Source: a virus
Length of the DNA: 64,000 nucleotides
IMG/VR virus record: IMGVR_UViG_3300032313_000500
Span: 54,471-118,470 of that record
Direction: 5' to 3' (one strand)
The notes under the pieces were generated by a model. It had not been told where the DNA came from. It saw only the letters and a list, made by a program, of their open reading frames with translations, and did no database searches. A program made the position numbers and the translations under genes. Positions 46,245 through 55,137 of this stretch are shown here, piece by piece (the first letter of the stretch is position 1; every line of letters begins with the position of its first letter).

Positions 46245-46664
46245 GTGGCACAAAAACCAATTAGCGTAAAGGTCAGCACCAAGAAGGTGATTGACGCATT
46301 AGAAAAGGCTCTCGCAGAACGCAAGAAGTCTATTGCCGACAACGAAAAGGCAAAAAAGGAATACGACAAAGCCGTAACGGAGTTCCGTGACAGTCTTGCC
46401 GAGATGTTTCGTTCAGGTAAAGGAAAAGTAACTTCCGTCAGCAAGGCTCACAACTTCCGTTACAACGAGGAAAACAACAAGTACGAAATCACCGTTGAGT
46501 TCCCTGCTTCCGTGAAGTCACCGAAAGAGCCTGAAAACCTGAACGATTGGTCAATGAAGTCCGACATTGAGGAGTTGGAAAACGCTATCGCAGTTCTGAA
46601 AATGACTGACGAGGAAACCATCAACACCAGCACCTACAAGGGTGTGGCTCGCTTCATCAAATAA
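46245..46664 (+). CDS. Hypothetical protein
   Basis: AAAGGAG RBS, promoter copy, terminator at 46678-46721. Confidence 0.8.
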   Translation: MAQKPISVKVSTKKVIDALEKALAERKKSIADNEKAKKEYDKAVTEFRDSLAEMFRSGKGKVTSVSKAHNFRYNEENNKYEITVEFPASVKSPKEPENLNDWSMKSDIEELENAIAVLKMTDEETINTSTYKGVARFIK

Positions 46665-46677
46665 TCCCCCCACATAG

Positions 46678-46721
46678 GGGAGTGAGATACGCACCGACAG
46701 GTAGCGACCTCACTCCCTTTT
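46678..46721 (+). terminator. Intrinsic terminator
   Basis: GGGAGTGAG...CTCACTCCC-TTTT. Confidence 0.75.
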
Positions 46722-46822
46722 GTGGTGTGCGTCGGGGCTCCCCGAATAAGTTTTTATGTCGGGTTGTCATTGACGCCTACTACCCATAGTATGAAAGTAC
46801 ACCAAACAAAAGGAGAACTGAA

Positions 46823-47305
46823 ATGGGATTAGACCAATACCTATCAGCAAAAAAGTATCTGTCACCAGCCGAATGGCGTGGAGAGCAGAGCAAAGAGCAA
46901 TTTGACGGAGTGCTAAAAACTGTCGGAGCAGAGACCTATGTACGCAAAGAGTTTCCTAGTGCCGAAGTTTCTATCAGCGTTGGATACTGGCGCAAGGCTA
47001 ACGCTATCCACCAATGGTTTGTAGACAACTGCCAAGACGGCGTAGACGATTGTCGTCAAGTGTCCGTAGACCGTGAAAAGTTAGAGGAACTGAAAAAGGT
47101 CTGTGAAGTAGTCATCATGGACAAAGGTCTGTTGGAAACAGACGAGTCAGCGAAGAAAATGCTTCCTACTCAGAGTGGTTTCTTTTTTGGAAACACAGAT
47201 TATGACGAGTACTACTACTCGGACTTGCGTGACACGATTGAGATAATCACGGCGTGTCTAGAAATGCCAGCCGAATGGGATTTCTCTTACCAAAGTTCTT
47301 GGTAA
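46823..47305 (+). CDS. Conserved phage protein of unknown function
   Basis: MGLDQYL, YWRKANAIHQWFV, LPTQSGFFFGNTDYDEYY, YQSSW motif family; AAAGGAG RBS. Confidence 0.8.
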   Translation: MGLDQYLSAKKYLSPAEWRGEQSKEQFDGVLKTVGAETYVRKEFPSAEVSISVGYWRKANAIHQWFVDNCQDGVDDCRQVSVDREKLEELKKVCEVVIMDKGLLETDESAKKMLPTQSGFFFGNTDYDEYYYSDLRDTIEIITACLEMPAEWDFSYQSSW

Positions 47306-47413
47306 CCAAGACTGAGGGCGAAGCCCCGTGAGCCCCCCGTGACATCTGGCAACAGGTTGTCATGGGGGTTTTCTATCAGTACCCTACAAACCCTAAACAC
47401 AAAAGGAAACAAA

Positions 47414-47671
47414 ATGAACATTGTGGACACACCATCAACAAACGATACGGCAGTAGCCCGTACATCAGACGGAAAGTTAGACCTAAACGCCTACCTGAAC
47501 TGTCACGGAACCATTGAGCAAGAGGGACTCACAGTCAATGTGATGGTTCTCGGGGCTCGCCGACGATACGGTCACTTGGACTTAGAAGTAACTCCAGTGC
47601 TCGGGACTGGGCGTCGCTGGGTTGAGCGCAAAAACATTGTCCTCAATAATGACCCTGCAGGTTGTGACTAA
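47414..47671 (+). CDS. Hypothetical protein (SH3-like)
   Basis: AAAGGA RBS; VLGARRRYGHLDLEVTPVLGTGRRWV. Confidence 0.65.
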   Translation: MNIVDTPSTNDTAVARTSDGKLDLNAYLNCHGTIEQEGLTVNVMVLGARRRYGHLDLEVTPVLGTGRRWVERKNIVLNNDPAGCD

Positions 47672-47696
47672 CCCTTACTACCCCTAGGATGGAGCC

Positions 47697-47879
47697 ATGA
47701 AGAGATACATTGTTCAAGTAACCGAAAGCATCAACCACTCATACGAGTTTGAAGCAGAGAACGAAGAAGAGGCATTGCTTGCTTACGAGCGTCTCACTGA
47801 CATGCAACTCAAGTCACGAGACTTAGACGGAGACAGCAGTTGGGACCGTCCATGGGATGTCTACGAGGTAACAGAATGA
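47697..47879 (+). CDS. Hypothetical protein
   Basis: Leaderless ATG 6 nt after TAGGAT. Confidence 0.7.
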   Translation: MKRYIVQVTESINHSYEFEAENEEEALLAYERLTDMQLKSRDLDGDSSWDRPWDVYEVTE

Positions 47880-48154
47880 CAACTTCTCACCACATACGAA
47901 TCCTTACGGAGGTCTCGTACCCCGAAGGTCCGACCTATGCAAAATGGGATTACTTCTCTATCCCTGATGAGAAGTTGCCTGTGGAGTTCCGAGAGTTACC
48001 CGACCCAGAAAAGTTATACAACTTTCTCAACGACAACGGCTTCTGGCATAAGGGCTGGCAGGAAATCACCCCAGAGATTGACGCTTGGATTGACTTCCAC
48101 CCCGACCTATGTGGGTTGCAAGACGAAATCGCAATAGAGGTGGCGTTCATCTAA
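47876..48154 (+). CDS. Hypothetical protein
   Basis: Coupled ATGA overlap. Confidence 0.6.
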   Translation: MTTSHHIRILTEVSYPEGPTYAKWDYFSIPDEKLPVEFRELPDPEKLYNFLNDNGFWHKGWQEITPEIDAWIDFHPDLCGLQDEIAIEVAFI

Positions 48155-48588
48155 TGGCACTTATTGTTGACATTCAAACAGGAACCGTCTTGGACTCACG
48201 AAACTGTTACGTCGTTATTGGAGAAAACCTAAACGAGACTGATGAACATCTTCTTGAAAACGGTTCAGACCATGAAATCGCTAACGTCGCAATACTCAAC
48301 GGTCTCCCCCTGGAGCCCCGAGCCATGGAGCGAGTGCTTTACGGGTTACATTCAGTGGGGTACGAACCCTCTGCACTGAGGGCACAGGCATCTGTGATGC
48401 TGGACGACTATGCAGACTACGAGTTGAAGATATCGCGGGACCACCTGCAATGGGTTGCAACTCAGGCGTCTGATGCAGAACTGGGAATACTAGGCAGCAT
48501 GTGCGCAGAAGACGACGAGTCGTGGGTCAACTACGAAAAAGTGTTTATACACGCACTGACTGACCTAAAAACCACAGCACCCTTTTAG
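48154..48588 (+). CDS. Hypothetical protein
   Basis: TAATG coupling. Confidence 0.65.
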   Translation: MALIVDIQTGTVLDSRNCYVVIGENLNETDEHLLENGSDHEIANVAILNGLPLEPRAMERVLYGLHSVGYEPSALRAQASVMLDDYADYELKISRDHLQWVATQASDAELGILGSMCAEDDESWVNYEKVFIHALTDLKTTAPF

Positions 48589-48672
48589 TAGCACTGACGG
48601 TGGTGGAAGAGTCACGCTGCGCGTTTATTCAGAAATCCAACTTTTTGGTAACTGACTTACCCCTAGCCTTTT

Positions 48673-48909
48673 TTACTTTTCTTCTTTTTTCTTACTTTTT
48701 GCAGCGGCCTCTGGGGCCAGAGTAACTTCGGCGACTTCAACTACCTCGGCGACTTCAACTGCTTTAGCGACTGGCATCACGAACGAATCGGAACCGATGC
48801 CCTTTGGTTCAGCATCTTGCTTCTTTGGTGCTGACTCAACGACAGCCCCGGACGTCTTCTCAAACGCTACTACTTTTGCCAATGCTTCTTCTGGAGTAAG
48901 TTTTCTCAT
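48673..48909 (-). CDS. Low-complexity Ala/Glu/Lys protein
   Basis: AAGGA RBS before MRKLTP; VEVAEV repeats. Confidence 0.55.
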   Translation of the reverse strand: MRKLTPEEALAKVVAFEKTSGAVVESAPKKQDAEPKGIGSDSFVMPVAKAVEVAEVVEVAEVTLAPEAAAKSKKKEEK

Positions 48910-49062
48910 GATGTTTTCCTTCTGAATAAATCTCGTGAAATAATAACACAACACCGGGGCACCCAGTCGGGACGCAAGTTTCTTATAAATCTTTCTAAGA
49001 ATGTTGGAAGTACCCCTTACTATCCATAACATGGAATTATCACCAACCACAAAGGAGCAACC

Positions 49063-49242
49063 GTGGATACCTATAAAGACCTAGACACGCTTGAAATAAC
49101 GGAAGACAACATTGACGACATGCCTGAATTGGAATGTGAATGTGGATACTTCGGAGAAGGCACATGGACATTCCTCAAGCCATACGACTTTGAGAGTGGA
49201 CAGTGGGTCTGCGCAAACTGCAAAGAGGAGATAATCAGATGA
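49063..49242 (+). CDS. 59-aa Zn-finger protein
   Basis: AAAGGAG RBS; CEC...CANC. Confidence 0.6.
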   Translation: MDTYKDLDTLEITEDNIDDMPELECECGYFGEGTWTFLKPYDFESGQWVCANCKEEIIR

Positions 49243-49724
49243 TTACGACAGAACACATCAACGAGGTACATCGCTCCCTATGGGAAGATGCCATAGAAAG
49301 ATACGGCGACAAGTTCAAGGTTCCTTCTGACGAGATAAACAGAATGTCAACCTACACTCGTGCGCTCTATATTCTTCAAGGCTGGAACGGCTCAGGCAAC
49401 CTTGCTCGCCACCTATCCACCTACTCCATACCAGCAGAAGTGATTACAGACATTGTTTCTGAATACTGCGACGAGGTAGTTGATACCGAAGAACTTCTGA
49501 CGCCACGGCCCCGACGAGCCGATAAGTACGACGCCCTGCTGGCTTGGTCAAAAGACCACCTCTTTGAACAGTTCAACACTGAGCAACTAGTTGAGGTATC
49601 GGGCTTCTCTTACCCCACCACATTGAAGTTCCTGCAGGAGTCTCCGACTTTCCGTAAGGTCAAGAAGGGTCTATGGGAAGTGCGTGATGCAGAGGCTGAT
49701 AAGAAAGCCGAAAAGAATCTGTAA
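49239..49724 (+). CDS. Hypothetical protein with C-terminal wHTH-like region
   Basis: GAGGAG RBS; EQLVEVSGFSYPTTLKFL...KKGLWEV. Confidence 0.7.
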   Translation: MITTEHINEVHRSLWEDAIERYGDKFKVPSDEINRMSTYTRALYILQGWNGSGNLARHLSTYSIPAEVITDIVSEYCDEVVDTEELLTPRPRRADKYDALLAWSKDHLFEQFNTEQLVEVSGFSYPTTLKFLQESPTFRKVKKGLWEVRDAEADKKAEKNL

Positions 49725-49792
49725 ATAGATGTTGTGATTAGGGCTTACTACCCATAACATGAAGTCATAACCAATTGCAAAGGAGCAATAAA

Positions 49793-50512
49793 ATGGAAAA
49801 AGAAATAACACTACCCGAGTGCTGGCAAACACTCAAAGACTGCATGGATTCAGGGATTGACCGAGTCATCCTCTTTGGACCTGCAGGAACTGGAAAGACC
49901 TTTGCTGGTCTCACCTTTGGAAACGTAGGCGCTGGCGCACACCGTTTGGTATGCACAGAAGATATGACTTCAATGGATGTGACTGGAGCGTTCATGCCTG
50001 ACGGAAACGGCAGATTCTCATGGGTCGCTGGTGCTGGTCTCAAGGCTTGGGAAGGTAACGGACTCAACGGTGGTCGCCTCATCGTGGATGAGATTGACAA
50101 GGCGTCGGGAGATGTGTTCGCACTTCTGCTTGCGATGCTTGACTCACCTGAATCTGCGACTTGGGAACATCCCGAGACTGGTCGTATTCATCGTCCGAAA
50201 GACGGATTCTCTGCTGTCATGACCACGAACATTGAGAACATGGAAGAGTTGCCAATGGCTCTCGCTGACCGATTCCCTGTTCGCATCCGAATCAACGCTC
50301 CTCACCCGAGTGCGCTTGAGAAGTTGTCGTACGACTTGCGTGAATACGCAGTCCGTATGTGTGATGCAGGCAAGCGCCGAATCTCACTGCGTACTTTCTA
50401 CGCATTTGACAAACTGCGTAAGCAACTAGGTGATGAGAAGTCTGCAAAGATTATCTTTGGTGAACGAGCAACTTCTGTACTTGACGCCATTGCGATTGAC
50501 AAGGTTCACTAA
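49793..50512 (+). CDS. MoxR/CobS-like AAA+ ATPase
   Basis: GPAGTGKT, LIVDEID, TTN, ALADRF. Confidence 0.9.
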   Translation: MEKEITLPECWQTLKDCMDSGIDRVILFGPAGTGKTFAGLTFGNVGAGAHRLVCTEDMTSMDVTGAFMPDGNGRFSWVAGAGLKAWEGNGLNGGRLIVDEIDKASGDVFALLLAMLDSPESATWEHPETGRIHRPKDGFSAVMTTNIENMEELPMALADRFPVRIRINAPHPSALEKLSYDLREYAVRMCDAGKRRISLRTFYAFDKLRKQLGDEKSAKIIFGERATSVLDAIAIDKVH

Positions 50513-51969
50513 TGAAGCACATTGCCGAACCTGAATGGCTTGGTCGTAAGGATGCCGAACACGGTGCTTGGCAAGTTGAAGACTGCGAACCACGCCGTGG
50601 CATCCCTGCTACTTCTATCGTGGAACGCAAGATGCTTGCGCCTGCACACGACACTGAACAAGCGAGAGTAATCCGTGCGCACGAGATGATGCATGCAAAA
50701 GTTTCTCCTGCTGGAGAATGGGAGCAATGGCAAAACAGAAAAATTGCCAGCATCCAAGGAATGATTGCGTGTGAAGAATTGCGTGTGAACCTGCTCTGCG
50801 ATAGGGCTGGATTTGATGTGAAGTCTCACCTCTCTGACGGTGGAGAAACTGCAGACGGAGAAAGACTTGCCTGCACCAACGACTGGAAGAGTGCTGTGTA
50901 CATGGCTGTAGCCACTGCTGGTACTGCGAGTAACAAGTTGTACCTGAACGGTATCCGTCGTCATAATCGCATTTGGGGTTCTGCACTTGCAGATATCTCA
51001 AAGCGAGCAGTCAAAGAAATGAGCAAGGCTGGTCGGGGATTATCAAGTACCGAAGTACACACTCGCACTGGTCTCGCACCATTTGGATTCATCTACACCG
51101 AGAAACTTGCTGAATGGGTTGACCGTCTCGCAGGCTTGCCTGCTCCTGATGAAGAAGAAGAAAGTGAATCTCAAGATTCCTCTATGGAAGTTGAGAACGA
51201 AGACAACAAGAACGGCAAGCGTGAACACTCAAACATCGGAAAAGAAAAAGTCAAAGAAACTGAGTTTCGTGAAAAACTGAAAACAATTACTCCCGACAAA
51301 ATGGACGGTAACGTCCCTTATTGGGGTGAACTTATGATTGACAAGTTGCCACTGCCGATTGTCGCCAAGGGAAACTTAGGCAAGAAGAAGACAGCCTCTA
51401 ATGTTGGTCGGTCACCACGCCGTATCCACCGATACATGACAGACCCACAAAAACGAATCTTTGATAATAAGAGGCGTGGAATGGGTGGAGTCGTATGCGT
51501 TGATGCATCGGGTTCAATGTCTCTGACACAAGATGATGTTCGCAGGATTCTTGAAGCAAGTCCGGGGGCTACCGTTATCGCTTACTCTGATATCCGTGAT
51601 GGTCATCCGAACGCTTGGATTCTCGCTGACAAGGGTCGTATGGTTGATGAAATGCCCGAGATGGGTCAAGGCAACGGTGTTGACTTCCCTGCTCTTGAGT
51701 GGGCAGTGAAGCGTCGCCAGCACTCAACTGCTCCTGTCATTTGGATGACAGACGGTGGAGTCTGTGGACCGAACCAAGGATTCTCTGAAACTCTTGCGAA
51801 CCAATGCACTGCGTTCTGTTTGGAAAAGAAAGTTCACCTGACCGAAGACGCCGAAGCAACTATCGCTCTTCTTCATGCGCTCTCAAAAGGAATCGCAATA
51901 CCGAAGTCACGGTTCCCTTACATGTTGAAGCATGCTTGGGAATCACGAGGTGGGAAACTTCCCGACTGA
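50512..51969 (+). CDS. VWA-domain partner (CobT/DUF2201-like) with N-terminal HEXXH
   Basis: RAHEMMH; VCVDASGSMS (MIDAS), GQGNG, MTDGG; coupled to the AAA gene. Confidence 0.8.
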   Translation: MKHIAEPEWLGRKDAEHGAWQVEDCEPRRGIPATSIVERKMLAPAHDTEQARVIRAHEMMHAKVSPAGEWEQWQNRKIASIQGMIACEELRVNLLCDRAGFDVKSHLSDGGETADGERLACTNDWKSAVYMAVATAGTASNKLYLNGIRRHNRIWGSALADISKRAVKEMSKAGRGLSSTEVHTRTGLAPFGFIYTEKLAEWVDRLAGLPAPDEEEESESQDSSMEVENEDNKNGKREHSNIGKEKVKETEFREKLKTITPDKMDGNVPYWGELMIDKLPLPIVAKGNLGKKKTASNVGRSPRRIHRYMTDPQKRIFDNKRRGMGGVVCVDASGSMSLTQDDVRRILEASPGATVIAYSDIRDGHPNAWILADKGRMVDEMPEMGQGNGVDFPALEWAVKRRQHSTAPVIWMTDGGVCGPNQGFSETLANQCTAFCLEKKVHLTEDAEATIALLHALSKGIAIPKSRFPYMLKHAWESRGGKLPD

Positions 51970-51977
51970 CCGTCACG

Positions 51978-52012
51978 CCCCACAACCACTTGCTCCTTTG
52001 TTGGTTGTGGGG
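51978..52012 (+). terminator. Terminator overlapping the next promoter -35
   Basis: CCCCACAACCA / TGGTTGTGGGG. Confidence 0.7.
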
Positions 52013-52063
52013 TTGTGGCTTACCTCTACTACACATAAGATGAAGTTCTACTAAGGAGTTATT

Positions 52064-52678
52064 ATGCCTAACTGGGTATCAACCACACTGACCGTAAGAG
52101 GTTCAGAAGAAGAAATAAAAAGATTCAAGGACGGAATCAAAGATTCAAAGATTCTTGAGTCGTATGTTCCGTGTCCTACGGAACTGCATGAGACGGTTGC
52201 TGGCTATGTCGGAGACGACAAGGCAGAAGAGCATCGCAAACAACAAGAGTCAAACATCGCCAAGTACGGTCACAAGGATTGGTACGACTGGGCGTACGAC
52301 AACTGGGGCACCAAGTGGGGCGATTGCGATACAGACATTAGCGAACCAATGGCGTTCAGTGACGGCTCATGGGAAGTGCAGGCTCGCTACATGACGGCAT
52401 GGGGACCAGCAGATGCTGGGTTCCTCAAGGTCTCAGCAATGTTCCCTACACTGCTCTTCACTTTTGACTACGACGAAGAGGCTGGCTTCTTTGCAGGCAC
52501 TCAAGCAATGCATGACGGAGCAAGCGTATTTGAGTCCATGTACGAGCCTTGCTCTTACGAGGGCGAAGTGGATTACGATGATTACGAGTCCATTGACAAG
52601 TACGAAGCATGGAAAGAAGCGCAAAGCGACGCTATCTTTGCCGAGTACGCCGAGTTCAGAAAGGGATTACCAGTATGA
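52064..52678 (+). CDS. DUF1281/YubB-like ferredoxin-fold phage protein
   Basis: MPNWVSTTL; DWYDWAYDNWGTKWG; TAWGP; DEEAGFFAG. Confidence 0.8.
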   Translation: MPNWVSTTLTVRGSEEEIKRFKDGIKDSKILESYVPCPTELHETVAGYVGDDKAEEHRKQQESNIAKYGHKDWYDWAYDNWGTKWGDCDTDISEPMAFSDGSWEVQARYMTAWGPADAGFLKVSAMFPTLLFTFDYDEEAGFFAGTQAMHDGASVFESMYEPCSYEGEVDYDDYESIDKYEAWKEAQSDAIFAEYAEFRKGLPV

Positions 52679-52872
52679 CTTACCGAGTAACTGTGCAGGT
52701 CACCACCGATGTGGAGACAAACGACGAAAAAGAGGCTTTTTCTATGGCTATTCAGAAAGTACGTGAGGCTGTCGGCGACAACCAAGACGGCGCCGACGAG
52801 ATGTGGGTAACTGGTGTTGCTCAAGATGCCAACGGATACATGGTCTACCTACAGGGAGAAGACAGTGACTGA
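52675..52872 (+). CDS. Hypothetical protein
   Basis: Coupled to the upstream stop. Confidence 0.55.
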   Translation: MTYRVTVQVTTDVETNDEKEAFSMAIQKVREAVGDNQDGADEMWVTGVAQDANGYMVYLQGEDSD

Positions 52873-53119
52873 CTTATGTGTGCACTGTGGACGCTCAACT
52901 GCGTTCAACTCAGGAGAAGGTCTGTTCGTGAATCGCATCCCAACCGATGATGGGTGGGCATGTGCCGAGTGTGCAGGCTTTGAGTGTGACGAGTGCGAGC
53001 AACCTATCTACCTTGACACTGAAGTCCGTGTTGATTACGAGAAAGACGGAGTCAACCACTACGGCAACTACCACGAAGACTGCTACTCGTTCCTCAAGCA
53101 TGGAGAAAGAGAATGGTAG
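52865..53119 (+). CDS. Cys-rich Zn-finger protein
   Basis: CVHC, CAEC, CDEC, HEDC. Confidence 0.6.
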   Translation: MTDLCVHCGRSTAFNSGEGLFVNRIPTDDGWACAECAGFECDECEQPIYLDTEVRVDYEKDGVNHYGNYHEDCYSFLKHGEREW

Positions 53120-53337
53120 AGATGTGGGGCATGCGACGGGGCTACTGCTATTACTGTAGCGAGTTCGTTGACGACGAGCCCATTTGGCAAGTAGAAGAAA
53201 ATCGCCGAATCGCATGCTGTGCGCAATGCGCTCTTGACCGAGGCATTATCAATCTTTAGCACTTACGGTGGTGGAAAGCCTCTGCTAAATCTGTACAATA
53301 CGACGTGCCCGCTGCGGCCGCAAGAAAAGAGAAAAAA

Positions 53338-53544
53338 ATGAACATTCCGAAAATCTGTCCACGTTGCAACGACAACTTTATTCCTAATAACCTTCAGCCT
53401 GCTGCTTACCCTGGGGCCATTTCTAGAGCAGATGATAAAACAGAAATTTGTTCTGACTGTGGTACTGAAGAGGCTTTGACCCAGTACGGCACGGGAGCGT
53501 GCGAACCAGTCAGTGACTGGCCCGTGCGCAATCGCGTTATTTGA
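53338..53544 (+). CDS. Small Zn-finger protein
   Basis: CPRC...YPGAISRADDKTEICSDCG. Confidence 0.7.
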   Translation: MNIPKICPRCNDNFIPNNLQPAAYPGAISRADDKTEICSDCGTEEALTQYGTGACEPVSDWPVRNRVI

Positions 53545-53788
53545 AAAAAGTTGAATTCCAAACGCGGAGCACTACATAAAAAAATGAAAGTATTCCGCAA
53601 TTCACCCAAGAAATGCTTGAACTGATAACGTTTGAATCAGCAAGTATGTTTGTTACAACCCACAGGAAGACAGTCGTCGCTAGGACACTAAAAATCATGA
53701 AACGAATTCCTTGCTTCACAATATCAAGTGCGTACTGCCGCTCTTCTTCGGGGCTCACAAAATCTGGGTCTGGCCACGAGTTAGACAT
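53537..53788 (-). CDS. Small membrane protein
   Basis: Two hydrophobic helices. Confidence 0.65.
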   Translation of the reverse strand: MSNSWPDPDFVSPEEERQYALDIVKQGIRFMIFSVLATTVFLWVVTNILADSNVISSSISWVNCGILSFFYVVLRVWNSTFFK

Positions 53789-54152
53789 TTGTCTTCTTTA
53801 CAATTTGATGCACGCGCTGGCGGCTGAGGTCGTAAGAATCTGCGATTTGGCGAAGCGTCATCCCTTGGCCGCGCATCTGAAGAATTTCCGAATTTCTATT
53901 ATAATTCGTCGCCGGCCCTGGCTTCAGAGGGCCCCACGTCCAACCGGCAAGATTTTCAAGAATTTGAACTTTCTCCGCCGCCATCTGGTTCTTCTTGTAG
54001 CGCTGCCGGATGTATCCCACCCAAGCCCCGAGGTTCACTTCCGCCCCATCAACAATCTCAATATAAACTGCCGGGACCCGCGAGTGACCGGTACGTTCAG
54101 AGAACTGACGGAGGGCTCTTACATAAAGTTGAAATCTGGTGTTGTTATCCAT
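53781..54152 (-). CDS. Helicase-associated (HA) domain + sigma70 region-4-like HTH
   Basis: ALRQF..RTGHSRVP...LGAWV..IR...LENL.GWTW; GMTLRQIADSYDLSRQRVHQI. Confidence 0.8.
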   Translation of the reverse strand: MDNNTRFQLYVRALRQFSERTGHSRVPAVYIEIVDGAEVNLGAWVGYIRQRYKKNQMAAEKVQILENLAGWTWGPLKPGPATNYNRNSEILQMRGQGMTLRQIADSYDLSRQRVHQIVKKTNV

Positions 54153-54236
54153 GTACAGAAATATAGAACATTTGCTAGCCGCGTGCGCGAATGGTTAGGA
54201 TAAATTAATGAAGACAACTCTTTACAAACCATTACG

Positions 54237-54650
54237 GTGGCGGAAAGGTCCGGTTACGTGAGCAAGAAAAACGAAAAATGGAAAAATTTCATAAGAGATG
54301 TCCGGTCGGCGACGGCTAAACATCCAGAACTTGAAAAGTACATCCAGGAGTCAGAGAAAGAAAATCACGAAAACTTTCTATTTGTCGCTGCCGGCGAAGG
54401 GATGATTGTCCGAGGAATGCATTATCCAGATGGCGCGTTTGAAAATGAAGAATACCCGATAGTATTTCAAACGTTTGATGATGGAGTTGTTATCGCTGCA
54501 TGGCCGCGCTCAATTGTAAAAATTTTAATGGAAACACTTGTAGACAACTTTGATAAATCAAAACACGAAACGGGCTGGGAACTTATTCTCAACGGGCTCC
54601 TAGAACAAGCGCTCGTCAAAATTAAAAATGGAGAAATTAATGGAATCTGA
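54237..54650 (+). CDS. Hypothetical protein
   Basis: Track start lies inside the polar motif; true start probably slightly downstream. Confidence 0.55.
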   Translation: MAERSGYVSKKNEKWKNFIRDVRSATAKHPELEKYIQESEKENHENFLFVAAGEGMIVRGMHYPDGAFENEEYPIVFQTFDDGVVIAAWPRSIVKILMETLVDNFDKSKHETGWELILNGLLEQALVKIKNGEINGI

Positions 54651-55137
54651 TACCTGGAACGCTGCGGCCGCACGAGTCGTAAAAATCATTTTTCAGATAC
54701 TTAACGCGGAGTACGTAGGCATCTCATTAGGTCTTCATGATGTCCGCCGCATGTATGACGAGGTCTGGTCTACCATGAGCACCAATCCAGAACTGGTTGC
54801 TGAAGCAGCGTTTTATAATATCGGGGCCGCGGCACTAAATGCAGCCGGCGCAGCGGGTGTTGAAATAAACGAAGAAAATTTAGTTGATACTCTGGTACGT
54901 AAACAAAGTGATTACGGTCCAGACAATATCGCACGCTTCGGACGTGATGGCATCTTGGTCAGGCTGCACGACAAAATCGCACGACTGGAAAACCTCGCGG
55001 CGAAGGACGAGCCACCGATGAACGAATCAGTTTCTGATAATTACCTAGACGTCATCGGGTACTGCAGCGTTGGGGTCATGTGGGAGACCCAAGAGTTCTT
55101 GCTTCCATTGACGGTGGTGGAAAGCAATCAAGAATAA
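54640..55137 (+). CDS. DUF1599/nucleotide-modification-associated domain 1-like protein
   Basis: RKQSDYGPDNI...GILVRLHDKIARLENL...ESVSDNYLDVIGY. Confidence 0.75.
   Translation: MESDTWNAAAARVVKIIFQILNAEYVGISLGLHDVRRMYDEVWSTMSTNPELVAEAAFYNIGAAALNAAGAAGVEINEENLVDTLVRKQSDYGPDNIARFGRDGILVRLHDKIARLENLAAKDEPPMNESVSDNYLDVIGYCSVGVMWETQEFLLPLTVVESNQE

Larger units (their letters stand above)
46185..52050 (+). promoter_or_regulatory. Six + strand copies of the same phage promoter (right arm)
   Basis: 46185, 46762, 47660, 49003, 49730, 52011; e.g. TTGTCA-TTGACGCCTACTACCCA-TAGTAT. Confidence 0.85.

Noticed and set aside
46678-46760. Additional tRNA or tmRNA
   Set aside because: No cloverleaf or T-loop consensus; explained as a terminator plus the following promoter
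30568-52050. Dispersed ~40-bp repeats read as a CRISPR array or integron attC cassette array
   Set aside because: Spacing is gene-sized and irregular, repeats are not palindromic attC-like, no integrase or cas is present, and the -35/17/-10/ATG geometry explains them as promoters
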